Below, piece by piece: positions 8,636 through 17,701 of a stretch of 64,000 nt of DNA. The stretch is from NCBI GenBank assembly GCA_965656965.1, contig CBFHMK010000008.1, positions 30,970-94,969 on the forward strand, in the 5' to 3' direction. Source of the DNA: an uncultured Porticoccaceae bacterium (GTDB lineage: Bacteria; Pseudomonadota; Gammaproteobacteria; Pseudomonadales; Porticoccaceae). The notes beneath the pieces are model-generated. The model made no database searches. It was not told the DNA's origin and saw only the letters and a program-made list of their open reading frames with translations. A program made the position numbers and the translations under genes. Numbering within the stretch: the first letter of the stretch is position 1; every line of letters begins with the position of its first letter.

Positions 8636-10249
8636 TTGAGCCCTATGACAGTTATGGATGACAGGGAAAAGTCACTGCTGGATTATCTTGAAATTCTACG
8701 CAGGCGCAAGCTCTATATTATTATCACCTTTCCATTGTTGCTGGCTCTTAGTGCAGTCATTACCTTTGCATTGCCGCCAATTTATCAGTCGGAAGGGGTG
8801 ATTCTGATAGAGAGCCAGGAAATACCCAGAGATTTGGTTCGCTCTACAGTAACCAGCTATGCCGAACAACAGATTCAAGTGATTAAACAGCGCATTCTAA
8901 CTACCTCGAGGATTCTTGAGACTGTCGATAAATTTGAGGTCTACAGGGATGAGCGAGAGTCGAGCACCATTTCATTGTTGGTCGAGAAATTTCGCAGCAA
9001 TGTGCAAATAGATATGATCAATGCCAATGTGATTGACCCCACTAGAGGTAGGGCCCAGCGCGCCAGCATTGCTTTTAAAGTCTCATTTATGGACGAAAAC
9101 CCCGCAACTGCGCAGAAGGTAGCCAATGAACTGGTCACGATGTTCTTGGATGAGAATGTCAAAACTCGCACTAATAAAGCGGCTGAGACTGTGTCATTTC
9201 TCACCGATGAAGCCAACAAAATTCAGAAAACAGTTCAGGATTTAGAAGAGCAGATAGCAGGCTTTAAGCTGGAATATGGCGATAGCCTGCCCGAGTTATT
9301 GCAATTTAATCTATCGATGATCGAGAACCTTGAGGAGAAAATTCGCGGGCACCAAACTGAGTCGGTGCGGCTGAGTGACCAGATTCATTTCCTGAGCCTA
9401 GAGCTGGCCAGTATGGACCCCTACGTAGCTAGTAGTGATGGGGTGAATACCCTTAGCGCACCAGTGCGGTTGGCACAGCTAAAAAATGAGTTGAGCAGTA
9501 TGCGTAATAAATATTCTGCTTCTCACCCTGATATCAAACGTATTACGAGAGAGATAGAAGCGCTGGAAAAAGAAGTGGCCGAAGACGCACTGTTTCAGCT
9601 AGAGCAGAATCTTGATGAAATCTCCAATCCCCTCTACCGGCAGATTAAAATCAAAATCGACCTCTCCGAAAAAGAGCTGGCAAGACTGATTAAAGAGCGC
9701 AAAGCCATGCAGGTAGAGGTGGCTGAGTATAATGCGCGGGTGTTGCGTACCCACGAGGTCAAGCGGAGTTATGACGATCTCACCCGAGATTATGAGAACA
9801 CTAAGAAGAAATATCAGGAGCTCAGGGGTAAGCAGCTTGAAGCCGATGTCGCACAAAATCTCGAGTCAGAAAATAAAGCTGAGAGCTTTACACTGATTGA
9901 GCCCCCTCTAAAACCAACTGAAGCGGTAAAGCCAAACCGTCCCAAGCTAATGATGATGGGACTATTCTTGTCAGCGGCTGCTAGTTTCGGGCTAGCGATG
10001 TTTGTGGAAATGATCGATCCCTCTGTCAGAAGTATCAAAGATATTAGCCGCATCACAGGCGCGGAACCCCTAGCCGTGGTGCCACTAATGCTGACCCAGG
10101 CAGACTACAAAAGGCAGGCTAAGGCTCGTAAGAGCCTAATTTTTGTCAGCATCATGCTCTGCATAGTCACAGTTTTCATCGTCCATTATTTCTTTATGAG
10201 CTTGGATATTCTGTGGTTCAAGATACTTAGCAAAATAAATATGTTGTAG
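8636..10249 (+). CDS. Polysaccharide co-polymerase / chain-length determinant (Wzc periplasmic part, GumC-like)
   Basis: N-terminal TM followed by PPIYQSEG, long coiled coil, YSASHPDI motif, LIEPP...KPNR before the second TM, plus a third C-terminal TM. Confidence 0.9.
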   Translation: MSPMTVMDDREKSLLDYLEILRRRKLYIIITFPLLLALSAVITFALPPIYQSEGVILIESQEIPRDLVRSTVTSYAEQQIQVIKQRILTTSRILETVDKFEVYRDERESSTISLLVEKFRSNVQIDMINANVIDPTRGRAQRASIAFKVSFMDENPATAQKVANELVTMFLDENVKTRTNKAAETVSFLTDEANKIQKTVQDLEEQIAGFKLEYGDSLPELLQFNLSMIENLEEKIRGHQTESVRLSDQIHFLSLELASMDPYVASSDGVNTLSAPVRLAQLKNELSSMRNKYSASHPDIKRITREIEALEKEVAEDALFQLEQNLDEISNPLYRQIKIKIDLSEKELARLIKERKAMQVEVAEYNARVLRTHEVKRSYDDLTRDYENTKKKYQELRGKQLEADVAQNLESENKAESFTLIEPPLKPTEAVKPNRPKLMMMGLFLSAAASFGLAMFVEMIDPSVRSIKDISRITGAEPLAVVPLMLTQADYKRQAKARKSLIFVSIMLCIVTVFIVHYFFMSLDILWFKILSKINML

Positions 10250-10258
10250 GTAAATAAT

Positions 10259-11059
10259 ATGTCACGTATTCATAAAGCCCTGCAGAAAGCACGGAATAAG
10301 CGGCAAGAGCAGCAGGCGGCTAATGGTAATAGCTCGCCTTTGGAAAAAATTGTTTATTCCACCAGCAAAGTGATGCCGATAAAAAATAAAGTGTTGGAAA
10401 GCAATCATGTGGTGTCCAGATCCACCAGCGACCCCAGATCGCAAATATTTAGAACCTTACGTACTGACGTGGTCAAAAAAATGCGCGCTAATAACTGGCG
10501 CAGTATAGGTATAACTTCCCCCTCCTATGGTGAGGGGAAGTCTCTTATCGCCAGTAACTTATCTGCGGCCATTGCGATGGAAGTGAACCATACAGCGCTA
10601 TTGGTGGATATGGATCTGCGGACTCCCTGTATCAAAGACTTCTTCTCTATCGATCCCAGTGAGGGGCTGCTGGACTATCTAAAAGGTACCGTTGAAATTG
10701 CAGATCTGTTAGTTAATCCTGGTATGGAGCGTCTATTACTACTGCCAGGTGTAGGCTCTGCGGAGAATTCAGCAGAATGGATCTCAACGCCAAAAATGGT
10801 CTCTCTATTTAACGAGGTCACCCACAGATACAAGTCGCGTCTGGTTGTTTACGACTTGCCTCCGATACTGCCGCGGGATGATGTCATGACCTGTGTCAGC
10901 CACATTGATTGTTTTTTGATGGTTATCGAAGAAGGCAAAAACTCCGAAGTGGAGATTAGAAAAGCTATGCAGACTCTAGAGAACTGTAATCTGATAGGGA
11001 CAGTTGTTAATAAATCTCAGACTGATGATCTAGTTCTCAAGTCACCGGTATTGGCTTAA
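10259..11059 (+). CDS. CpsD/CapB-type BY-kinase (stand-alone cytoplasmic Wzc domain)
   Basis: Walker A SPSYGEGKS, A' LLVDMDLR, B VVYDLPP; directly follows the PCP gene. Confidence 0.88.
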   Translation: MSRIHKALQKARNKRQEQQAANGNSSPLEKIVYSTSKVMPIKNKVLESNHVVSRSTSDPRSQIFRTLRTDVVKKMRANNWRSIGITSPSYGEGKSLIASNLSAAIAMEVNHTALLVDMDLRTPCIKDFFSIDPSEGLLDYLKGTVEIADLLVNPGMERLLLLPGVGSAENSAEWISTPKMVSLFNEVTHRYKSRLVVYDLPPILPRDDVMTCVSHIDCFLMVIEEGKNSEVEIRKAMQTLENCNLIGTVVNKSQTDDLVLKSPVLA

Positions 11060-11104
11060 ACCGCCGTGCGCCTAAAGCGCCATAAATGAAGAGATTAGAC
11101 CAAT

Positions 11105-12019
11105 ATGTACAAAGAGTTTTTTGGGCTTAAGGAAAAGCCGTTTAGTCTGAATCCAGACCCGGCATTTTTATACCTAAGTAAAAACCATATTCGCGCCCAG
11201 ACCATGCTGGAATATGGGTTTCATAGCCAGGCAGGGTTTACAGTAATTACTGGCGATATTGGAGCCGGGAAAACTACGCTAGTTAACTACCTTCTCAGTC
11301 AGGAAGGAGATGATGTGGTGACTGGAGTTATTAATAACACCCATTCTTCATTTGGTAACCTGATGACCTGGGTGTTAGATGCTTTTGATTTAGAAGAGCC
11401 CAGCCCTGAGAGTGCTAAGAAACTGCGCAGGTTTTCCGAGTTTATAATGGATCAATATGCAGAGGGTAAGCGAGTACTGCTAGTGATCGATGAAGCCCAG
11501 AATCTATCTGAAGAAACCCTGGAAGAACTGCGCTTAATTTCCAATATCAATATCACCACAGATATATTTTTGCAGCTTATTTTAGTGGGTCAGCCAGAGC
11601 TAATTGAAAAACTAAACGATCCCAGATTGACCCAGTTCGCACAGCGTATAGGCGTAGATTTCAATCTCCGCCCTATGGACTATGTAGATACGGGCAAATA
11701 TATCCTCCATCGACTCAAGACTGCAGGCTCTAGCAAATCCATATTTACGACAGATGCTATAGCCGCTGTATTTTGTTTCTCTGAAGGTGTACCCAGGCGC
11801 ATTAATACGCTCTGTGATATGGCTCTAGTCTATGCCTTCGCCGATGAACGAAAAAGCATTAATGCTAACCTCATTATTGAGTTGGTCAAAGACCGCAATA
11901 CATCGGCTGTTATCAGACCCACGGCTACCCAGACCAAGGAGGTCATGGAAGTGGCCAACTGGCTTAAGGATGCTAAGGGGATTAATATTTTGGGCATAAT
12001 CCCGCAGTTGGAAAGCTAA
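11105..12019 (+). CDS. ExeA-like AAA ATPase associated with PEP-CTERM/exosortase systems
   Basis: MYKEFFGLKEKPFSLNPDP start, GDIGAGKTT, LLVIDEAQNL, ILVGQPEL, GVPRRINTLCD. Confidence 0.9.
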   Translation: MYKEFFGLKEKPFSLNPDPAFLYLSKNHIRAQTMLEYGFHSQAGFTVITGDIGAGKTTLVNYLLSQEGDDVVTGVINNTHSSFGNLMTWVLDAFDLEEPSPESAKKLRRFSEFIMDQYAEGKRVLLVIDEAQNLSEETLEELRLISNINITTDIFLQLILVGQPELIEKLNDPRLTQFAQRIGVDFNLRPMDYVDTGKYILHRLKTAGSSKSIFTTDAIAAVFCFSEGVPRRINTLCDMALVYAFADERKSINANLIIELVKDRNTSAVIRPTATQTKEVMEVANWLKDAKGINILGIIPQLES

Positions 12020-13068
12020 TGGCGATGAAGGCAATAAAAATAGCCATTGGATTGTTTGCTCACAATGAACAGGACAATCTATTAACTACCCTGCAGAGTG
12101 TGGCTTCTCAGGATATTTTCATTAACTCCATCGACTCTGGTTTATCCGTCAGGCTGGCGGTGATAGCTAATGGCTGCACTGATAAGACCATTGCCATAGC
12201 AAGCCAGTTTCTAAGCAACAGCTCTGTCATTAATGGGCAGGTTATTGAAATTGTAGAGCCTGGCAAAAGTAATGCTTGGAATATATTTGTCCACAATGAT
12301 GCCTATGCTGATATTGATTATTTTTTCTGTATGGACTCAGATATCAGGTTTGGTTCTGACACAGTACTTTCGTCACTTCTTCTTGCTTTGGCCAATTCTC
12401 CAGTAGCCTATTTGGCGGTCGACCAGGCCAAGAAAGATACCTTATTAAAAAAGCACAGGACGTTCTTTGAGAGCCTGTCATTATTATTTTCACAATTGAT
12501 AAATCAGGGGAGTACTGCAGTGGCAGGGTCGCTGTACTGTGCTAAGGCCGAACGCCTGCGCCATATCACCATGCCCAAAGGCCTACCAGTAGAAGACGGC
12601 TTCTTGCGTGCTATGTTAGTGACCGATCTGTTTACCCAGCAAGACAACAATCAACGAATTTTAGTTGTTGAGGATGTTTGCCACTACTTCACTCCAGACC
12701 CATCAATAAAAAGCCTGTTACGCCATGAAGAAAGGTTATTGATCGGCACATTTATCAATTCGGTTATCTACCAATATCTGTGGGCCGAGGTGGCTCGCAC
12801 CGGCAGAGATGCTGGTCAGCTTATCTCGGAAAATAATAGTAATAACCCGGCTTGGGTTGAGAATCTTATTGATCGATATCGCGAGGATAATGATCGACTA
12901 ATACCGCGGCATTTCTACTTAAAATATTGGGTGCGCTGGAAATCACTGTCTGGGCTTAGTCGGGTGATAGCTCTGCCAATAATTGCAGTAGCCTCAGTGG
13001 TGAAATATTTTTTACTTAAAAAAATAGAGCGCCGGTTAGCGACAGAATCCGGTCTTGGATACTGGTGA
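12019..13068 (+). CDS. Glycosyltransferase family 2
   Basis: AHNE, ANGCTDKT, GKSNAWN, DxD (MDSD), ED motif (PVEDGF). Confidence 0.85.
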   Translation: MAMKAIKIAIGLFAHNEQDNLLTTLQSVASQDIFINSIDSGLSVRLAVIANGCTDKTIAIASQFLSNSSVINGQVIEIVEPGKSNAWNIFVHNDAYADIDYFFCMDSDIRFGSDTVLSSLLLALANSPVAYLAVDQAKKDTLLKKHRTFFESLSLLFSQLINQGSTAVAGSLYCAKAERLRHITMPKGLPVEDGFLRAMLVTDLFTQQDNNQRILVVEDVCHYFTPDPSIKSLLRHEERLLIGTFINSVIYQYLWAEVARTGRDAGQLISENNSNNPAWVENLIDRYREDNDRLIPRHFYLKYWVRWKSLSGLSRVIALPIIAVASVVKYFLLKKIERRLATESGLGYW

Positions 13069-13080
13069 TCCCCTTGTTGC

Positions 13081-14511
13081 ATGTCCGGTATCCCAGGGAA
13101 AGTTATGCCAAATAATATCGCCTATCTGGCACTTATCTTATGGCCCTTTATTGCACTCTGGCTATACCGAAGACAGGGAGTTATACCAGCAACATTCTGG
13201 ACTATTGCAGGTGGTTACCTGCTACTACCTGTAGGGGTATCTTTCGACTTTCCGTTGATTCCAGCTCTAAACAAAGAAACTATTCCGGCAATTATGGCCT
13301 TTGTGGGCTGTAGATATGTTGCCAGGCAAAAGATTGGCCTATTGCCTGCAAAAAGCGTTGAGCGAACCCTAATTCTTATCTTTTTCTTCGGCTCAATTGC
13401 TACCGTGCTTACCAATGGTGAATCTATCACCGAGATAGACAGATATCTGCCTGGACTAAGTATCAAGGATATTTTTTCTGTGGCCTCTGGCAAGTACCTT
13501 CTTCTTCTGCCTTTTATTTTGGCACTACAGTTAGTAAAAACCGCCGAGGATCAGGTTCAGCTATTCAAATTGCTGGTTATTGCAGGGTTATTATATTCGG
13601 TTCTTATCATGTTTGAGATTCGCATGAGTCCCCAGCTACATAAATGGATATATGGCTTCTTCCCACATAGTTGGGGGCAGCAGGTTAGATACGGTGGTTT
13701 TAGGCCAGTGGTATTTTTAGGCCATGGCCTATGGGTGTCAATATTTTTGGTTATGGTTGTTGGAGCATCAGTCACATTGTCAAAGCTAAAGATTAGGCTA
13801 AGTAGATTTCCTAATGTGCTGGTGATCGGCTATCTGATTTTACTCTTAGTGCTCTCCAAGGGCTTTGGCTCAATCATACTAGGCGCAGTAATGCTGTTGA
13901 CTATCCTATTTTTGCCCACGCGTGCCATCTATGCTGTCGCATTAGGTATTGGCGCATTAGCTATTGCCTATCCCTTCCTCTGTATTATGGAAATCTTCCC
14001 CCATCAATACATTATTGAGCAGATTAAAATTATCAACTCAGCGCAAGCAGGATCCTTGCAGTTTCGCTTTAACCATGAGCTAGCGTTGCTGGAGCGTGCT
14101 ACCGAAAAGTTGTTATTCGGCTGGGGCGCCTGGGGTCGCAATAGGTTGATTGACTCGGTAGTTGATGGGTACTGGATTGGACTCGTTGGAAGCTATGGTG
14201 TGGTGGGCTTTTCGGCAATTTTCGGGCTGATGTTTACCACCCTATGGAAAGCTGGATTTGGTTTGAAAGTTCTAGTTGATGAAAACGAAAAAACCTTATT
14301 CTCAGCACACTGTTTGATGGTCGCGCTGATTATGCTTGATCAGATACCGAATCATTCTGAGAACCCCTTATTTTGGGTGCTTATTGGCGCGCTGGCTGGG
14401 CGGCAAGCCTATATCAAACAGGGATTAAACAAAGGCCCGGCAACCTCAGATAATCAGCCAGGTATTGCTGAGCCCTCCCAAGTTATGACTCGCGCAGAGA
14501 CAGGGGCATAG
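13081..14511 (+). CDS. Wzy polymerase / O-antigen-ligase-like multi-TM protein
   Basis: About 12 hydrophobic segments, RYGGFRP and SLQFRF loop motifs, FGWG; located next to the flippase. Confidence 0.75.
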   Translation: MSGIPGKVMPNNIAYLALILWPFIALWLYRRQGVIPATFWTIAGGYLLLPVGVSFDFPLIPALNKETIPAIMAFVGCRYVARQKIGLLPAKSVERTLILIFFFGSIATVLTNGESITEIDRYLPGLSIKDIFSVASGKYLLLLPFILALQLVKTAEDQVQLFKLLVIAGLLYSVLIMFEIRMSPQLHKWIYGFFPHSWGQQVRYGGFRPVVFLGHGLWVSIFLVMVVGASVTLSKLKIRLSRFPNVLVIGYLILLLVLSKGFGSIILGAVMLLTILFLPTRAIYAVALGIGALAIAYPFLCIMEIFPHQYIIEQIKIINSAQAGSLQFRFNHELALLERATEKLLFGWGAWGRNRLIDSVVDGYWIGLVGSYGVVGFSAIFGLMFTTLWKAGFGLKVLVDENEKTLFSAHCLMVALIMLDQIPNHSENPLFWVLIGALAGRQAYIKQGLNKGPATSDNQPGIAEPSQVMTRAETGA

Positions 14512-14516
14512 GGTAG

Positions 14517-15845
14517 TTGATTGCAAAATATTTAAAGATTACCGAGCTGGGTAAAAGCCTCGCGGTTAGGGGGTCACTCTGGTCGTCGGTTGGTTTTGGT
14601 GGCAGTCAACTTATCCGCCTCATCAGCAACCTTCTGTTAACGCGATTACTAGCCCCAGAGATTTTTGGTTTGATGGCACTGGTACAGGTGGCACTCCAGG
14701 CTCTAAAAATGATGTCAGATGTTGGTGTCTCGACTGCAGTGATGGTGGGTAAGCATGGTAATGATCTAGATTACTTAAACTCAGCCTGGACCATACAGGT
14801 CATTAGAGGCGGTCTGATATGGGCCCTATGTTGTGTGGCTGCTTATCCTATGTCGCTAGTCTATGAAGCTCCCGAGTTATTATTGTTAATACCTGTGGTG
14901 GGATTCTCCGCAGTATTTCAGGGTTTTACATCACCAGCTGTTTTGACCCTCAAGCGACAAATTGCGATCAAAAAACTACTGTCCTGGCAGATATCTACTC
15001 AGCTGTTAACAACACTGATTACAATTCTTGGGGCCTGGTACCTTCGATCTATTTGGGGTATCGCCTTAGGGGGACTCCTAGGTGCAGCTTTAACCTGCAT
15101 TCTGTCCTACCGATTGGGTGAAAAATCAAAGCTTGTTTTCAAGCTTGATTCCAAGGCAGTGGCAGAAATCGTTCATTTTGGAAAGTGGATTTTTGTTAGT
15201 TCCTTCGTTTCTTTTATCATCAACAAGGGTGATATTTTTATTCTCGGCGTATTCTTAAGCAAAACGGATTTGGGTGTTTTCAGTATTGCCGCCATCTGGT
15301 CGAAGATGGCATTAGAACTGCTAGTTAAGGTCAATCAGGAAGTGATGACACCTCTTTATGCAGCTGCATTCCGAGAAAATCGGGGCAGTGTTAAAGCAAA
15401 AATAAAAAATACTCGTATTATTTTGCTCTCCCTGACACTGCCCGCGATTTGGCTGATGATAATCATTGCACCTGCATTGATAGAGTTTCTTTACGATGAA
15501 AGGTATCTCCAAGCAGGGTGGATGCTACAGATTCTTGCAATAGGTTCGATTGGCGCTGCGGTTACATTAACCTCCAGTAATGCCTTGCTGTCATTTAGTG
15601 ATTCCTTTGGCTATATGGTATTTCAGATTTCTGGTGGATTACTACTTGTGGCCTGTATGTTAATCGGTGGTGCCCAGTTTGGTGTAATTGGTATTATCAC
15701 TGGGGTCGCAGTTGCAAAATTCGCGTCATATCCTGTCATAGCGCTATTAATGCACAGGCACAATATCTGGCTGCCTCAGGTTGATGGCCTTGCTCTTGTA
15801 AGCTCTGCGCTGGTTATAGGTGGCTGGTGGTATCTTAAAGCTTAG
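14517..15845 (+). CDS. wzx: Wzx-type oligosaccharide flippase
   Basis: LLTRLLAPEIFGLMAL, SDVG, LDYLNSAWTIQVIRG, FGKWIF; MOP-family TM pattern. Confidence 0.88.
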   Translation: MIAKYLKITELGKSLAVRGSLWSSVGFGGSQLIRLISNLLLTRLLAPEIFGLMALVQVALQALKMMSDVGVSTAVMVGKHGNDLDYLNSAWTIQVIRGGLIWALCCVAAYPMSLVYEAPELLLLIPVVGFSAVFQGFTSPAVLTLKRQIAIKKLLSWQISTQLLTTLITILGAWYLRSIWGIALGGLLGAALTCILSYRLGEKSKLVFKLDSKAVAEIVHFGKWIFVSSFVSFIINKGDIFILGVFLSKTDLGVFSIAAIWSKMALELLVKVNQEVMTPLYAAAFRENRGSVKAKIKNTRIILLSLTLPAIWLMIIIAPALIEFLYDERYLQAGWMLQILAIGSIGAAVTLTSSNALLSFSDSFGYMVFQISGGLLLVACMLIGGAQFGVIGIITGVAVAKFASYPVIALLMHRHNIWLPQVDGLALVSSALVIGGWWYLKA

Positions 15846-17281
15846 CTATGATTAAGGTGCTGCGCCAAACGCAGGCTCAGTTGAATGATCGGCATAGTGG
15901 GATTGCAGGCACCACCTGTGGAAAACACACTGCTGCCTGAAATATAAAGATTATCAATGCCATGTACCTTACAGTTGCTGTCAACAACGCCATAGGTTGG
16001 TGAATCAGACATGCGGGTTGTGCCCATATGGTGGTTATGATGGCCGAATGGGATATCCAATGACTGGTCGAGAATAAAGTCAGCTAAACGTATATTGCCA
16101 AGACCGGCGTCAGCAAAACCCTTGGCTATGCCGATAGCGGCCTCGCGGATAGTCTTTTTGTCAAAGTCATTGATTTGCCAGTCAAATTTTGCCCTGTTAA
16201 GGCCCATGCTATCAACTTTATTGCTGAGACTAACCCTGCTATCTAAATTGGGAGATTGCTCTACCAGAGTGCCAATAGACCCCATGCCTGGACATTTAAA
16301 GTCACTGATAAACTGCACTCGGTCCTCAATATTCATTTGGCAGGCGATATTTTTAAAGAAGTTCTTAATCTGTTTGGTGCGACCATAGGAGCGAATCTGT
16401 TTAACAATACTCAGGGTGATATTGGATTTACCAATATCTCTAGCATTGCAAAATTTGTCTGAAGTATAAAACTGGAGTTTTCCGAATTGATCTGGGTCTC
16501 TATAGATAAAAGAGCCCATTGGTACATTCAGATGTTCCATAAAACAGCGCCCGACCATGTCGCTATTATTGCCAAGCCCGGTGCTGATTTGGCTATTGCA
16601 GTTCAGGAGAAACCTTGGGTTTTCTATGCCACCCAGGCAAAGAATAAAGCGGTCGGCAGAAATGCTGGTGCGCTGATTATGGTAGTTGCTCAAAACCATC
16701 TGCGTGATCGAACTTTGAGATTGATTTAGAAGCAAATCGACCGCAGTAGCATTGTAGTAGCAGTCTATATTCTCACTATCTGCGATGTCGGACAGATATT
16801 TTTCTTTAAAGCGTGTAGGTGGGCTATGGGCGAAGGCATCAGCATAAAAATCTTTAGGCATAAGCTTGCGATGAAGGGCTCGAAATCCTGTAGCTGGGTT
16901 CAGGTCAACTATCTCCATGGCTTCTTTAAGATAGGGCTCGATAGTACTGTATTCTATGGGCCAGCCCGGTAAGCCATTAATGGTGGGAGAGCTAAAATCT
17001 GACCTATCAAAGGGTCGACATCGACCTGACCAATGATTAGATGTACCACCGAAATATCGCAACCGGGTAAACTGTGGCCAGCCATCGTGACCTACAGACT
17101 CGCATTCATAAAATCCCTGTGATTGGTCCGAATATTCAAGGCCGCCTGCCTCTAATAGGAGGATAGATCGCCCTGCTGCGGCAAGCTTCCTTGCCAAAGT
17201 TATGCCCGCTGGGCCTGTGCCGGCAATACAGATATCGTAATTTTTATCTATAGTTGTCTGTAAGTTAAAGTCCTGCAACAT
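15842..17281 (-). CDS. GMC-family FAD-dependent oxidoreductase
   Basis: DICIAGTGPAG dinucleotide fold, RYFGGTSNHWSG, C-terminal HHMGTTRM and NPT motifs; no signal peptide of its own. Confidence 0.9.
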   Translation of the reverse strand: MLQDFNLQTTIDKNYDICIAGTGPAGITLARKLAAAGRSILLLEAGGLEYSDQSQGFYECESVGHDGWPQFTRLRYFGGTSNHWSGRCRPFDRSDFSSPTINGLPGWPIEYSTIEPYLKEAMEIVDLNPATGFRALHRKLMPKDFYADAFAHSPPTRFKEKYLSDIADSENIDCYYNATAVDLLLNQSQSSITQMVLSNYHNQRTSISADRFILCLGGIENPRFLLNCNSQISTGLGNNSDMVGRCFMEHLNVPMGSFIYRDPDQFGKLQFYTSDKFCNARDIGKSNITLSIVKQIRSYGRTKQIKNFFKNIACQMNIEDRVQFISDFKCPGMGSIGTLVEQSPNLDSRVSLSNKVDSMGLNRAKFDWQINDFDKKTIREAAIGIAKGFADAGLGNIRLADFILDQSLDIPFGHHNHHMGTTRMSDSPTYGVVDSNCKVHGIDNLYISGSSVFSTGGACNPTMPIIQLSLRLAQHLNHS

Positions 17282-17282
17282 A

Positions 17283-17501
17283 CTATAGATCTCCTCGAAT
17301 CAGTCGATTTTTGGGTATAACCCAGCCATCAATGGAGACAAAATGTTCATCAATGGATCTGATCTTTTTCAGAATCAGGGGGTGATTTTTTAATGAGGGC
17401 ATAGTTCCTACGAGCGGTGACCTCTGAACGATAGATAGGGGGTTTGCAGCACTAAATGCCAGGGCATTAAGAAAAATTCTTCTACTGATAGGCTGAGACA
17501 T
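17283..17501 (-). CDS. Small protein with twin-arginine-like signal, probable partner of the GMC oxidoreductase
   Basis: SRRIFL Tat consensus at the N-terminus; stop codon is 1 nt before the GMC ATG and the GMC SD (GAGGAG) lies inside this ORF. Confidence 0.7.
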   Translation of the reverse strand: MSQPISRRIFLNALAFSAANPLSIVQRSPLVGTMPSLKNHPLILKKIRSIDEHFVSIDGWVIPKNRLIRGDL

Positions 17502-17701
17502 ACAATATATCCTTATATTTACAATCTAAGAATAGTTCATAGAGGAGGCGTAGCAAGTCATTGTTTGGAGCCAACTTGTTTTTAGTGAATGTGAGCTATG
17601 TCCTATACCAGGAGAATAATTGAACCCAGGTCACGCATCTGCAATGCGCTCAAAGACAGTGCGGACTCCCACAGTTACTATCGCTTCATTATTGATTCGG
17701 A

